A stretch of 35,068 nucleotides of DNA from Thermoplasmata archaeon (GCA_030040035.1 JASHUJ010000186.1:1-35068); one strand, 5' to 3'. Counted from the stretch's first letter, positions 8,390-17,636 are shown. Numbers and translations: made by a program. Notes: generated by a model not told the origin, from the letters alone.

Positions 8390-9543
8390 GTCAGGATCTC
8401 CTTGAGCCGGCCCGTGTCGATCGCGTGGCGGACCTCGAGCGCGATCCGGCGCCCGGTGCTCATCGGACCGCGCCAGAGCGCGTTGCCGTACGGGTGGCCG
8501 AGGCCCAGGTGGACGTTCGTGCCGCCCCCGATGCGCGCCGCGACATCGAAGACGGTCGGCCGGCCGTCGCGGTCGAGACACGTCTGCAGGCAGAACGGGC
8601 CGAGGATCCCGGGCGGGTAGCGCGCGCGCGCCGCGTCCACGAACTGTTCGCCGATCCGGAACACCTCCTCGAGGATCGACTCCCGGACCGTGAGCGTGCC
8701 GTGGCCCACGACCGTGTAGTCGGGGATGCGCGACGCCTCGGGGAGCTCGAGCTGCTGGGCCGCGGGAAGGCGCACGAGGCCATCGAGACTGCTCTCCCGC
8801 CGCTCGTCGACCCCGAGGAGTTCGAGCCCCTCCGGACGGGGGTGCAGCGGCGAGAAGAAGAAGTTGAAGTTGAACACGGGACCGATCACGTACTCCTCGA
8901 TCCGGGCGGTCGCGAGATCGTCCTTGGCGATCGTCCCCTGGGCGATAAGCTGGTCGCTCTTCCGGCGGTACTCCCGCGGGCTCGCGGCCGTGAAGAACCC
9001 GCGTTCGAGCCGGCGCTTCGCGTGGGGGAGCTTCACGATCGCGAGCGAGTCGATCGCGTCGGGGGAAGAGATCCGGCGCGGGATCCGGATCCCGGCCTCC
9101 TCGAGGAGCGTGTAGTAGTTCGCGCGCTCGCTCCGCTCCTCGATCCGGAGCATCGCGCGCGCCCCCACGATCGGGACGCGCAGCTCGTCCTCGATCGTCG
9201 CGAGCGGCACGTAGGAGGAGAGCGCGCGGTTCGGCACCAGGAGCGCGCCGTGACGGCGCAGCCGCTCCTGGTTCGCGGGCGTCGCGAGGTCCGCGAACTT
9301 GGGGAGCGTCCAGATCTCGTCCACGCAGCCGCGCCGGCGGAGCCCGCCCGGGCTGCGGATCGTCCGGAAGTAGCGGGCGTACGTCGCGTCCCGGCCCTCC
9401 TCGGCGATAACGAGGCTCGGAAAGCTCTCGGTCACGGCGCCGTCGGCGACGTCCAGCGCGGAGTGGGATCCGATCGTGGCCAAAACGGGTGTACGGGGAT
9501 ACTCGTCGACGAGGGCGCGGACTTCGGAAACGGAGAGGACCAT
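8386..9543 (-). CDS. purP: PurP-family ATP-grasp formate ligase (FAICAR synthetase-like)
   Basis: ATIGSHSALD, VPNR, ERGFF, IEEYVIG, GPFCLQ and RIGGGTN motifs of archaeal PurP and PurP-like proteins. Confidence 0.88.
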   Translation of the reverse strand: MVLSVSEVRALVDEYPRTPVLATIGSHSALDVADGAVTESFPSLVIAEEGRDATYARYFRTIRSPGGLRRRGCVDEIWTLPKFADLATPANQERLRRHGALLVPNRALSSYVPLATIEDELRVPIVGARAMLRIEERSERANYYTLLEEAGIRIPRRISSPDAIDSLAIVKLPHAKRRLERGFFTAASPREYRRKSDQLIAQGTIAKDDLATARIEEYVIGPVFNFNFFFSPLHPRPEGLELLGVDERRESSLDGLVRLPAAQQLELPEASRIPDYTVVGHGTLTVRESILEEVFRIGEQFVDAARARYPPGILGPFCLQTCLDRDGRPTVFDVAARIGGGTNVHLGLGHPYGNALWRGPMSTGRRIALEVRHAIDTGRLKEILT

Positions 9544-9557
9544 TCGAGGGGACGGCG

Positions 9558-11762
9558 CTAACGGAACTTAAGCTCTCGCGCCACCCGTTCCGGAGCGAGG
9601 GGCAACTCGCGGACGTGCGCGCCGGCGGCGTCGCGCACCGCCGCGGCGATCGTCGCCGGGACCGGGATGATCGGCGGCTCACCGAGCCCTTTCGCCCCGA
9701 ACGGCCCGGCGCCCGGGAAGCCCTCGAGGAAATGGACCTCGATCGGCGGGACCTCGCGCAGCGTGGGGATGCGGTAGTCCACGAGCCCCGCGTTCTCGAG
9801 CCGGCCGTCGTCCGACCAGATCGCTTCCTCGGTGAGCGCAGCCCCGAGCCCCATCGCGACCCCGCCCTCCACCTGCGCGCGCGCGCTCGGAAGATCGACG
9901 ACGACCCCCGCGTCGTGGAACGCCGCATAGCGGAGGACGCGCACCGAGCCGGTCTGGGGATCGACCTCCACCTGGGCTACGTGGGCCGCACCGGTGAAGT
10001 CGGTGAACGCGTAGAACGCGCCGTCCAGGACGACGCTCTCGTCGATCTCCCCCGAGCGTCCGTAATGCTTACCGTCGGCGGCGAGCCCACCCGCCGCCGT
10101 CTCGGCGGGGGTCAAGAGCTCGGCCACGCGCCGGCGGCCCGAGCCGTGCACGGCCACGATCTCGCCGTCCAGCACCGCGAGCGTCACCGGGCCGGGGCTC
10201 CCGAGCCGCTCGCCGAGGCGGGCGAGGAGACTGACGAGCGCCGCGTCGACCGCCCGCCCCAGCGCGCCGACCGTGCGGCTGCCGAAGACGCCGGCGTCGA
10301 ACGGCGCGCCCGCGGAGTCGCGGTACTCGACCCGCACCTGCTCCACCGGGAGGCCGCTCCGCCGGGCGGCGACCTGCGCGAGCCCGACGACGACGCTCCC
10401 GCTGCCGATCTCCCGCTCGCCCTGAAGGATGACGAGCTCCGTCGGAGAAAGGACGACCCGCGCCTCGCCGCCGGCTCCCGTGCTCGTCGACCAGAACCCG
10501 AGCCCGATCCCGACTCCCTGGCCCGGCGGGGCCTCCGACCGCCACCGGGCCGCGAGCGCCCGGGCGCTCTCGAACGCGCTCGCGAGCCCGAAGGGGAGCA
10601 CGCGCTGGCCGAACGGGGTCCGGTCCCCCTCGCGCCATAGATGCCGGGCCTTGAACGTCGCCGGATCGATCCCCGCCGCGCGGGCGACCGCGGCGAGGTG
10701 CGACTCGACCACGAACGCGGCCTGAGGGGCGAACGGCGCCCGGTGCGGACCGAACGGGGGCTTGTTGGTGCGGACCGCGTACCCCTCGACCTCGAAGGCG
10801 GGCGCGCGGTACGGACCGAGCAGAAATCCGATCGCGTAGCCGGTCGCGAAGTCCCGGCCGGGCAGGGAGGTCCCGACGTCGAGCAACAGCCGCACCCGGC
10901 GCGCCGTGATCTCGCCCGCGTTCACCGCCGTCTCCATCCGCACGACGGCGGGCAGCGTCGTCCGTCCGAGCCGGAACTCCTCCGCGTAGCTGAGCGCGAG
11001 GCGGACCGGTCGGCCCGCCGCCCGGGCGAGCAGGAGGGCGTACGGCTCGAGGAACGCCGCGCCCTTCCCGCCGAATCCGCCCCCGACCCACGTCCCCTCG
11101 ACGACGAGCGCCGCCTCGGGGATCCCGAGGATCGACGCGGTATCCTCGCGAGCCCCGAACGGGCTCTGGGTGGACGTGCGGACCCGCCAGCCGCCGTCGG
11201 TCACCTCGGCGACGCACGCGTGCGGCTCGAGCGCGACCTGGTGCACGCTCGCCGTCCGGTACGTCTCCGCAACGACCGTCGCGCTGTCGCGGAACGCCCC
11301 GTCGACGTCCCCGCGACGCGCGTGCACGTGCGCGGCGACGCGAGCGGGGTCCTCGATCTTCTCGCGGGGCCATTCGGGGAAGAGGTCGTCGAGATCGGTC
11401 GCGACCGGTAGCGGCTCGACCGAGATGCGCACGGCGCGGGCCGCTTCCCGCGCGAGCGACCGGGTCGGGGCGGCCACGGCCGCGACGGGCTGCTGGAGGT
11501 ACGAGACGCGTTCGGAGGGGAACGGGGGGCGCTCGGGGTCGCCCGTGCCGCCGTCCACAAGCCCCGCGACGTCCGCGGCGCCGATCGCGACGACCCCGGG
11601 AAGGGCGCGCGCGGGCGAGAGGTCGACCGAGAGCCGTCGGCCGTGCGCCACGGGGGCCAGGACGAGCGCCCCCCAGAGCATCCCGGGTACGTCGAGGTCC
11701 TCCCCGTACACGGCGGCGCCGGCGAGCTTCACCGCGCCGTCGGGCCGGGCGGTCGCGCTCAC
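9558..11762 (-). CDS. Xanthine dehydrogenase/aldehyde oxidoreductase family molybdopterin-binding (large) subunit
   Basis: LEPH, STQSPF, VGGGFGGK, FGSRT, QVEGG and GAKGLGEPP. Start is GTG at 11762, overlapping the TGA of the 2Fe-2S gene. Confidence 0.92.
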   Translation of the reverse strand: MSATARPDGAVKLAGAAVYGEDLDVPGMLWGALVLAPVAHGRRLSVDLSPARALPGVVAIGAADVAGLVDGGTGDPERPPFPSERVSYLQQPVAAVAAPTRSLAREAARAVRISVEPLPVATDLDDLFPEWPREKIEDPARVAAHVHARRGDVDGAFRDSATVVAETYRTASVHQVALEPHACVAEVTDGGWRVRTSTQSPFGAREDTASILGIPEAALVVEGTWVGGGFGGKGAAFLEPYALLLARAAGRPVRLALSYAEEFRLGRTTLPAVVRMETAVNAGEITARRVRLLLDVGTSLPGRDFATGYAIGFLLGPYRAPAFEVEGYAVRTNKPPFGPHRAPFAPQAAFVVESHLAAVARAAGIDPATFKARHLWREGDRTPFGQRVLPFGLASAFESARALAARWRSEAPPGQGVGIGLGFWSTSTGAGGEARVVLSPTELVILQGEREIGSGSVVVGLAQVAARRSGLPVEQVRVEYRDSAGAPFDAGVFGSRTVGALGRAVDAALVSLLARLGERLGSPGPVTLAVLDGEIVAVHGSGRRRVAELLTPAETAAGGLAADGKHYGRSGEIDESVVLDGAFYAFTDFTGAAHVAQVEVDPQTGSVRVLRYAAFHDAGVVVDLPSARAQVEGGVAMGLGAALTEEAIWSDDGRLENAGLVDYRIPTLREVPPIEVHFLEGFPGAGPFGAKGLGEPPIIPVPATIAAAVRDAAGAHVRELPLAPERVARELKFR

Positions 11763-12235
11763 GGGAGCCCCTCCCGAGCGGCGCGCGCCGCCCGGACGAT
11801 CGTCGAGTACCCGGTGCACCGGCAGAGGTTGCCCCCGAGGTCCTCGAGGAGCTCGTCGAGCGGGGTCGACCGACCGGCCTCGCGCAGGAGGCCGGTGAGC
11901 GCCATCACGAACCCCGGCGTGCAGTACCCGCACTGCAGGGCGCCGGCCGACTCGAACGCTGCGCGCACGCGCTCGCCGACCGGGTCCGAACGGACGCCCT
12001 CGATCGTCGTGATCGCCGCCCCATCGGCGTCCCGCGCGAGCAGGAGGCAGGAGAGGACGGCGTGGCCGTCCCGGAGGACGGTGCACGCACCGCACTCGCC
12101 GGTGCGGCATCCCTCCTTCGTTCCCTTGAGCCCGAGGCGCCAGCGCACCGTGTCAAGGAGCCGCTCCTCGGGCGGCACGTCCGCGAGCTCGGTCGGCCGA
12201 CCGTTCACCGAGAGGCGCAGCCGGCCCCCGCTCAC
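11759..12235 (-). CDS. XDH/CoxS-family 2x[2Fe-2S] small subunit
   Basis: GTKEGCRTGECGACT..SC, QCGYCTPG and GNLCRCTGY. Confidence 0.95.
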   Translation of the reverse strand: MSGGRLRLSVNGRPTELADVPPEERLLDTVRWRLGLKGTKEGCRTGECGACTVLRDGHAVLSCLLLARDADGAAITTIEGVRSDPVGERVRAAFESAGALQCGYCTPGFVMALTGLLREAGRSTPLDELLEDLGGNLCRCTGYSTIVRAARAAREGLP

Positions 12236-13083
12236 GATCCCGCCTTCTCGCCGCTCGCCCGTCGCACCGCGCGCTCCAGGAGCGGGCGCACGATCTGTCG
12301 GCGGTACGCCTCCGAGGCGCGCTTGTCGCCGACGATCGGCGCGCGCGTGCTGAGCACGTGCGCGCCCCGGTCGAGGTCCGACCGGGCGGGCGGGAGCACG
12401 GGCCCGAGCGCGTCCTCGACCTCAGGAACCAGGAGCGGTCGCGGCGGGAAACCGGCGACCGCGACCCGCCAGCGGGCTCGGGCCGGGGAGTACGCGACCG
12501 CCACCGCCATCTGAGAGATATCGCGGAACGGCCGGACCCGCTGCCAGAGGTACGCCGACGGCCGCGGCTCGGGGAAGCGGACCGATCGGATCAGCTCGGC
12601 CGGTCGCAGCGCCGTCCGACGCGAACCGATCACGAACTGGTCGACCGGTACGGTACGCGCTCCCTGGGGCCCGACGAGGTCGATCTCCGCGTCCAGCGCC
12701 AACAGCATCGGCACGAGGTCGGACGCCGGGGCCGACCGTCCGAGGTTGCCCCCGAGCGTCGCCTGGTGACGGAGCGCGACGCTCCCGACCGCGCGGACCG
12801 CGGTGTAGAGGCCGGGCAGGCGCGTTCGCACCTCGGGGTCGGTCTCGAGACGACGGAGCGGCAGCGTGCTCCCGACCGTGAGGATCGGCCCGTTCCAGTC
12901 GAGCGTCTGCCAGGGCAACCGGCGGAGCGAGACGACCCGACGCGGCGCGAGTCGCCCGTCGTCGAGATCGAAGAGGAGGTCGGTCCCTCCGGCGAGCGGG
13001 ACGGCGTCCGAGGCGCCGAGCGCGCCGAGCTCGGCGATCGCCTCGTCCGGTGTCGCGGGGGCGACGAGCTCGAACGGCGCCAC
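12232..13083 (-). CDS. XDH/CoxM-family FAD-binding medium subunit
   Basis: LAGGTDL and ATLGGNL..SAPASD motifs; no 4Fe-4S insertion. GTG start at 13083 lies 24 nt after a minus-strand GATAAG box. Confidence 0.92.
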   Translation of the reverse strand: MAPFELVAPATPDEAIAELGALGASDAVPLAGGTDLLFDLDDGRLAPRRVVSLRRLPWQTLDWNGPILTVGSTLPLRRLETDPEVRTRLPGLYTAVRAVGSVALRHQATLGGNLGRSAPASDLVPMLLALDAEIDLVGPQGARTVPVDQFVIGSRRTALRPAELIRSVRFPEPRPSAYLWQRVRPFRDISQMAVAVAYSPARARWRVAVAGFPPRPLLVPEVEDALGPVLPPARSDLDRGAHVLSTRAPIVGDKRASEAYRRQIVRPLLERAVRRASGEKAGS

Positions 13084-13182
13084 GACCGTCCCAGCGCGAC
13101 GAGCCCGCTTATCGTTTGGTGGAACGGCGGTCCCGAGAGTCCCACTTTTTATCCGTGGAAGGAGTCCGGCTCGGCATCCTCC

Positions 13183-13710
13183 ATGCCTTTCGAGCTCGCG
13201 TTGCGTTACAGTACCCCGCTCACCCCGATTTCGGACCTCGACGAGGTGCTGCGCGAGTTCCTCCGCCTGGTCGGGTACTTGCCCGACGGCGAGGAGGGCC
13301 GCGGCTCCGAGGGGCCGATCGCGCAGAGCCTCGCCTACCGACTGGTTCGGGATTGCTTCCTCAAGGACCCCGCGCGCCCGTGGTACATCGAGGAAGTGAC
13401 CGCGGTCCTGAAGACGTCGAAGCCGACCGTGTACCGGCACATCAACAAGCTCAAGGCTCTCGATCTGCTGGAGGAGGTGGGGGGCGCGGCGGACGGCAAG
13501 GGCCGGAAGGGCTACCGGTTGCGCTACGGGAACCTCGCCCGGGCCTGGGACTTCACCGAGGCGAACGCTCAGAATGCCCTCAAGCGCTACCGGGAGACGG
13601 TGAACCACTTGCAGAGCCTCCTCGAGCAGCGCACCGCCGAGGCCGTGCCTCGGCTCCTCACCACGTCGGCGGGCGTGCGCGGGGCGCGCGAACGGGGCGG
13701 TCCGCGATGA
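13183..13710 (+). CDS. Winged helix-turn-helix (ArsR-like) transcriptional regulator
   Basis: HTH segment IEEVTAVLKTSKPTVYRHINKLKALDLLEE. ATG at 13183 lies downstream of TTTTTAT (13146-13152). Confidence 0.8.
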   Translation: MPFELALRYSTPLTPISDLDEVLREFLRLVGYLPDGEEGRGSEGPIAQSLAYRLVRDCFLKDPARPWYIEEVTAVLKTSKPTVYRHINKLKALDLLEEVGGAADGKGRKGYRLRYGNLARAWDFTEANAQNALKRYRETVNHLQSLLEQRTAEAVPRLLTTSAGVRGARERGGPR

Positions 13711-14012
13711 GCGCCCCGAACGCCGGCGCGAAGAAGCCGACGATCGGCCTCACGGCCGGCTCGCGCGTGCGGCTGCGCTCGGCCGGGCCCGATGACGAGG
13801 CGATCGTCTCGACCGGCATCTTCCGGGGCCTCGTCTCGATCGGAGGGGACAACGCCCTCGCGATCGAGCTCGAGGGGGCGGACGGGGACGAGAAGGGCCG
13901 CGTGCGGCTCGTCCCGATCCCGGCGCTCCTCGCGGTCGACATCCTCGAGGCGGCGAAGCCCGAGGAAGAGAAGCGGAACGAGCCGACGCCGTCGGCGAAC
14001 TACTTCCGGTAG
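13707..14012 (+). CDS. Small beta-rich hypothetical protein, translationally coupled to the HTH gene
   Basis: ATGA overlap at 13707-13710. MSAPNAG..GSRVRLRS..TGIFRG..RVRLVPIPALLAVDIL..NYFR, with typical GC3-rich codons. Confidence 0.75.
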   Translation: MSAPNAGAKKPTIGLTAGSRVRLRSAGPDDEAIVSTGIFRGLVSIGGDNALAIELEGADGDEKGRVRLVPIPALLAVDILEAAKPEEEKRNEPTPSANYFR

Positions 14013-14023
14013 ACGGCCCGGGA

Positions 14024-14123
14024 CGGGCTTGCTGGGAGTTCCGTCGCGCGCGCCCGCGCGATTTCGAACCCAGGTCGTTGGCTTCGAAGGCCAACAGGAT
14101 AGTCCAGACTACCCCACAAGCCC
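14024..14123 (-). tRNA. tRNA-Arg(UCG) with a 25-nt intron at position 59/60 (T-loop)
   Basis: Minus strand: acceptor GGGCTTG/CAAGCCC plus discriminator G; anticodon arm TTGGC-CTTCGAA-GCCAA (anticodon 14085-14087); T-arm CTGGG-TTCGAA[intron]T-CCCAG. Spliced length is 75 nt; CCA is not encoded. Confidence 0.93.
14038..14062 (-). other. Archaeal bulge-helix-bulge tRNA intron (non-canonical site)
   Basis: Intron ATCGCGCGGGCGCGCGCGACGGAAC. Central helix TTCG/CGGA, 3-nt bulges AA^A and AC^T, inner 7-bp helix TCGCGCG/CGCGCGA; the outer helix is the T-stem. Confidence 0.88.
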
Positions 14124-14174
14124 GACCTCCGGCCGGACGCGTTCGTCGCTATTTGGCCGTTCCGAGCGTACGGT

Positions 14175-17100
14175 TCACGGACCGCGGGGGCCGGCCGGGG
14201 CGGGGCGGAATCGGTCGAGCGTGGTCTGGGAGCTCGCGCCGGGGAAGAGCGTCGCCACCGAGTCGGCGAGCAGCTCGATGCGCTGGCGGACGTACGGCGT
14301 GATCCCGTCGATACCGGCGAGGCGTTGGGAGAGCGGCAGATACTTGCGGACCGATGCCTCGTAGACCGTCGAGAGGAGCTCGCCGTCGCACCGGGCCCCG
14401 CCGGGCCGCAAGGCGACGCACCGACCCGAGAGCGGCGGCCGTCGGTAGGACGTACCGCACTCCTTGCAGCGGAACTTCTGAGTCGCGTAGCTCTTCAGAT
14501 TCCCCATGACGTCGGGGAGGAAGTGGGCGTTGAGGACCAGCGTCACCGCCTCGGCGACGTCCACCGCGCGGATCTCGGCCGCGAGCACGGTCGAGCGCTC
14601 GACCATCTCGGCCATCGAGCGGCTCTCGCGGTACGCGGACCGGACCGGGCCCCCCGCGATGCGGCGGGTGTCGTGGGTGAACCGGTACGCCCGGAGCGCC
14701 TCGGGGGTCCCCAGGCGGCGGCCGACCTTGTCGAGGAGGCCGTCGACCTCCTTCGCCGGCCGCCGTTCGTCGGCGGCGCGGTAGAGCGCGAGCGGGTAGT
14801 GGGCCCCGACGTCCAGGTTGTGCGCCTCCTTGTCGACCTCGGTCGGGTCGATCCGCGTCGTCAGGACGAGGGGCTTGTCCATCAGCGCGCCGCGGCTCGC
14901 GGGCAGGTAGGCCCGGGAGAAGTTGAGGAGCGCATCGAGGAGCAGCGTGACGGAGTCCTCGTCCCCGTCGCAATTCCGCCGCTTCGCCGCGTGGAAGACC
15001 GGGTGGGCGAAGCAGGCCTCGGCCTCGGTGAAACCGAGGACGCGGCCCGCGACCGCCCCCGAGGTGTGGGGCGCGAGGGCGGTGACGATCTGCCCTACTA
15101 GGTCCTCGGGGCGCGCGGCCCGGTAGAATGGCTCGAGGTTGTAGAGGCGCACGAGCTCGTCATCGACGAACTGGGCGAGACGAGTGAGATACGTCCCGCA
15201 GGACCGGGAGACGATCAGGTCCTGCGGCGCGAGCTCGATCAGCTGCTCCGCGTCCGTGATCGGAGCCCCGGTCCAGTCCGTCGCGTAGCCGAGCCGCGCG
15301 AGCGTCGGGAGGTCGATCCCGATCTCCGCCGGGCGGAAGTGCGTGAGCGGGAGATCGGTGAGGTCGAATCGGGCCGTCCCGTCCTGGTAGACCGAGATCG
15401 CGTGGGTCGCCCGGAGGATCCCCTTCTCGAGCGGTTCCGGGACCTTGCCCGGCGACGTGAGGCCCTTGACGCCCTTGACGACGGGCACCTTGCCGAGATG
15501 CAGGCGGGAGAGCGCCTCGCTCCACAAGGGGGCGATCGGCAGGGTCTCGGAGACGACGCGGCCGGTCGGCTCGGTGTGGGCTCCGCACGGGCAGCGCGTC
15601 CAGACGGTGGTCCGACCGCACGCCGGGCAGGTCCGGACCCCGAGGTCGACCTTCGTGCCCTCGCGCATCGTGTTGCGGGCCGCCTCCGGCACCGAACGGC
15701 TCGCCCCGCCCGCCGTCCCGACCGGGAACAGCGCGTGGATGTTCGGCTGCATCGCCCGCTGGTACGCCTTCTCCGGTCGGCCGACGCGACCTCCGACGCG
15801 GGACGGGGCGCGCGCTCGTACCGACACTCCCGCCAATCGGCTCACGTAGTCCAGCGGGTCGGTTCCGGGAGGATCGAGTGCGACACGTCGGATGAGGAGC
15901 GAGCCCTCCACCGAGAGCCCGAGCGCCCCCACGAGCGCCGCGCTGGGGTCGGGCTCGCCCCGGAGTCGGTCCGGCTCGAGCGGGAACGACAGGAATCCCA
16001 GGCGGGCGAGCGGCTCGTGCCAGGACGGGTCGCGCGGTAGTTCGAGGGCGCCATCCCGCCAGCTACCGGATCGCTCGACGAACTCGGAGAGCGCTCGGAT
16101 CTCGGCCGTCGTGAGGTCGTGCCAGAAGAGGAGCCAGCGGGGGTGGAGCGGGACGGAGCGCTCGCGCGCGAGCGCGCTGGCCTCGTCGTACGTCGCGAGC
16201 GACGCCCCGTAGACCGGATCGACCCCGGCGGCCCGGAGTTCTTCGAGGTGGCGATCGAGGGAGTACGCGCCGGGCACGAGCGGACGGTTGTTCTCGACGA
16301 ACTCGCCGAAGGAGACGAGCAGCTCGCCGAGGTCGAGGATCCGCGTCACCCGGGGTCGCAGCTCCTCCGCCCGCGCGACGTCGTGGACCGCGGTCACGGT
16401 GCCGTCGTCGAGCTCGACGATCGGTCCGTCGATCGTGTCGCAGACCGCCATCGCGGTCGCCTTCCCAGGGTACTCGAGCTTGACCTGCGTGCCGATCGCC
16501 ACGAAGTGCTGGAGGATCACCATCGCCGCCGGGTTGATCGCGCACGCGGCGAGGCCCGTCGTCCGGGCCCGCCCGTAGACGAGCCGGAACCCGCCCGGGT
16601 GGTTCGGGTGCGCCAGGACCGGCCGGCCCCCGACCGAGTCCTGGAGGTACTTCGGCGTGCGCGTCTCCTCCTCGTCGACCGCGCCGTGGCCGATCTCGGC
16701 GAGGAACTCCCAGCCGTCGATCCCAAGGTTCTCGACGATCTTTCGCACCTTCGCGGCCTTCTGGCAGAGGCCCTCGGCGATCACGAGACACGCCCCTCCG
16801 CGGATCCCGTTGGTCGGGACGCGGGCCAGGTTGCGGAAGGAGCTCACCTCCGCGTCGCCCTCGGTCGCCTCGCCCGAGATCGCGACCGGCACGTTCCGGG
16901 CGATCCGTTCGATCTCCGCGGCGGTCGGCACGTACTGGAGGTGCTGATGGTACTTGTAGAGCGGGATCTCCTCCTGGTACCGCTCGACCTCGCCCGGTTC
17001 GGGCACGTACCGGGCGAGGCCAAGGTCGCGTCGCACGACGTCCGCGAGCAGGACGCTCAGCGCCTGCGCGGTCGCGCCCGCCGCCCGGATCGGTCCGGCG

Positions 17101-17510
17101 TAGTACAGCTCGACATACTGGCTCCCGTCGCGCGCGGGGCACACGTGGACCTCGGCGAGGCCCTCGAGCGGGGCGACCAGGATCCCTTCCGTCAGGATCG
17201 CGAGGCCGACCCGGAGCGCGGCATCGAGCCGGGCCTCCGTCGACGCGCCGCGCGAGGGGTCGCGGGCGAGGCGTCGGGCAATGGTGAGCGCGACCTCTTC
17301 CCGCGGCATCTGGGCGGCCAGGGCCCGGATCTCCGTCGAGATCCCCTCGATCCCGAGGTGGGCGAGCAGCTGCTCGACGCGGGAGGCCATGTCCTGTGCC
17401 CGCGGGATCTCGGTGCGCGCTTCGGGATCATACCCCTCCCGCCGCGCGCGCTCGGCGACCTCGTACGCCCGGTCGACCGAGGATTCGATCGCGCGAAAGT
17501 ACGATTCCAC
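14175..17510 (-). CDS. polC: DNA polymerase D large subunit (DP2)
   Basis: TEGILVAPLEG, YAGPIRAAG, GGFRLVYGRARTTG, KGVKGL..EPLEKGILRA, catalytic KRRNCDGDED, C-terminal Zn finger and PIP-box-like QTTLDRF. GTG start lies 23 nt after CTTAAG. Confidence 0.97.
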   Translation of the reverse strand: MESYFRAIESSVDRAYEVAERARREGYDPEARTEIPRAQDMASRVEQLLAHLGIEGISTEIRALAAQMPREEVALTIARRLARDPSRGASTEARLDAALRVGLAILTEGILVAPLEGLAEVHVCPARDGSQYVELYYAGPIRAAGATAQALSVLLADVVRRDLGLARYVPEPGEVERYQEEIPLYKYHQHLQYVPTAAEIERIARNVPVAISGEATEGDAEVSSFRNLARVPTNGIRGGACLVIAEGLCQKAAKVRKIVENLGIDGWEFLAEIGHGAVDEEETRTPKYLQDSVGGRPVLAHPNHPGGFRLVYGRARTTGLAACAINPAAMVILQHFVAIGTQVKLEYPGKATAMAVCDTIDGPIVELDDGTVTAVHDVARAEELRPRVTRILDLGELLVSFGEFVENNRPLVPGAYSLDRHLEELRAAGVDPVYGASLATYDEASALARERSVPLHPRWLLFWHDLTTAEIRALSEFVERSGSWRDGALELPRDPSWHEPLARLGFLSFPLEPDRLRGEPDPSAALVGALGLSVEGSLLIRRVALDPPGTDPLDYVSRLAGVSVRARAPSRVGGRVGRPEKAYQRAMQPNIHALFPVGTAGGASRSVPEAARNTMREGTKVDLGVRTCPACGRTTVWTRCPCGAHTEPTGRVVSETLPIAPLWSEALSRLHLGKVPVVKGVKGLTSPGKVPEPLEKGILRATHAISVYQDGTARFDLTDLPLTHFRPAEIGIDLPTLARLGYATDWTGAPITDAEQLIELAPQDLIVSRSCGTYLTRLAQFVDDELVRLYNLEPFYRAARPEDLVGQIVTALAPHTSGAVAGRVLGFTEAEACFAHPVFHAAKRRNCDGDEDSVTLLLDALLNFSRAYLPASRGALMDKPLVLTTRIDPTEVDKEAHNLDVGAHYPLALYRAADERRPAKEVDGLLDKVGRRLGTPEALRAYRFTHDTRRIAGGPVRSAYRESRSMAEMVERSTVLAAEIRAVDVAEAVTLVLNAHFLPDVMGNLKSYATQKFRCKECGTSYRRPPLSGRCVALRPGGARCDGELLSTVYEASVRKYLPLSQRLAGIDGITPYVRQRIELLADSVATLFPGASSQTTLDRFRPAPAGPRGP

Positions 17511-17602
17511 GGGGCGCGCACGGAGCCTCGGGACTTAAGGCTGTGTCGATTTCCGCGGGGTCCGGCCGGCCGGGGCTCCGTTCCGAAGCCGCAACCCTTA
17601 TG

Positions 17603-17620
17603 AATGAATATTTATTCATT
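17603..17620. promoter_or_regulatory. Perfect inverted repeat, probable TetR operator
   Basis: AATGAATA-TT-TATTCATT immediately after a CCTTAT TATA-like box and before the tetR start. Confidence 0.75.
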
Positions 17621-17636
17621 AGAAACGAAGCCGGAA

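Noticed and set aside
7211-9928. Apparent 905-aa GcvT fusion protein
   Set aside because: The N-terminal ~510 aa is an alternative frame over purP; the true gcvT begins at GTG 8389.
9558-13083. Aerobic CO dehydrogenase (coxMSL)
   Set aside because: Gene order matches, but the form I AYxCSFR Cu-binding motif is absent and no cox accessory genes are present.
14950-15000. Intein in PolD DP2
   Set aside because: The usual insertion region HAAKRRNCDGDED is contiguous and the protein length (1111 aa) is normal.
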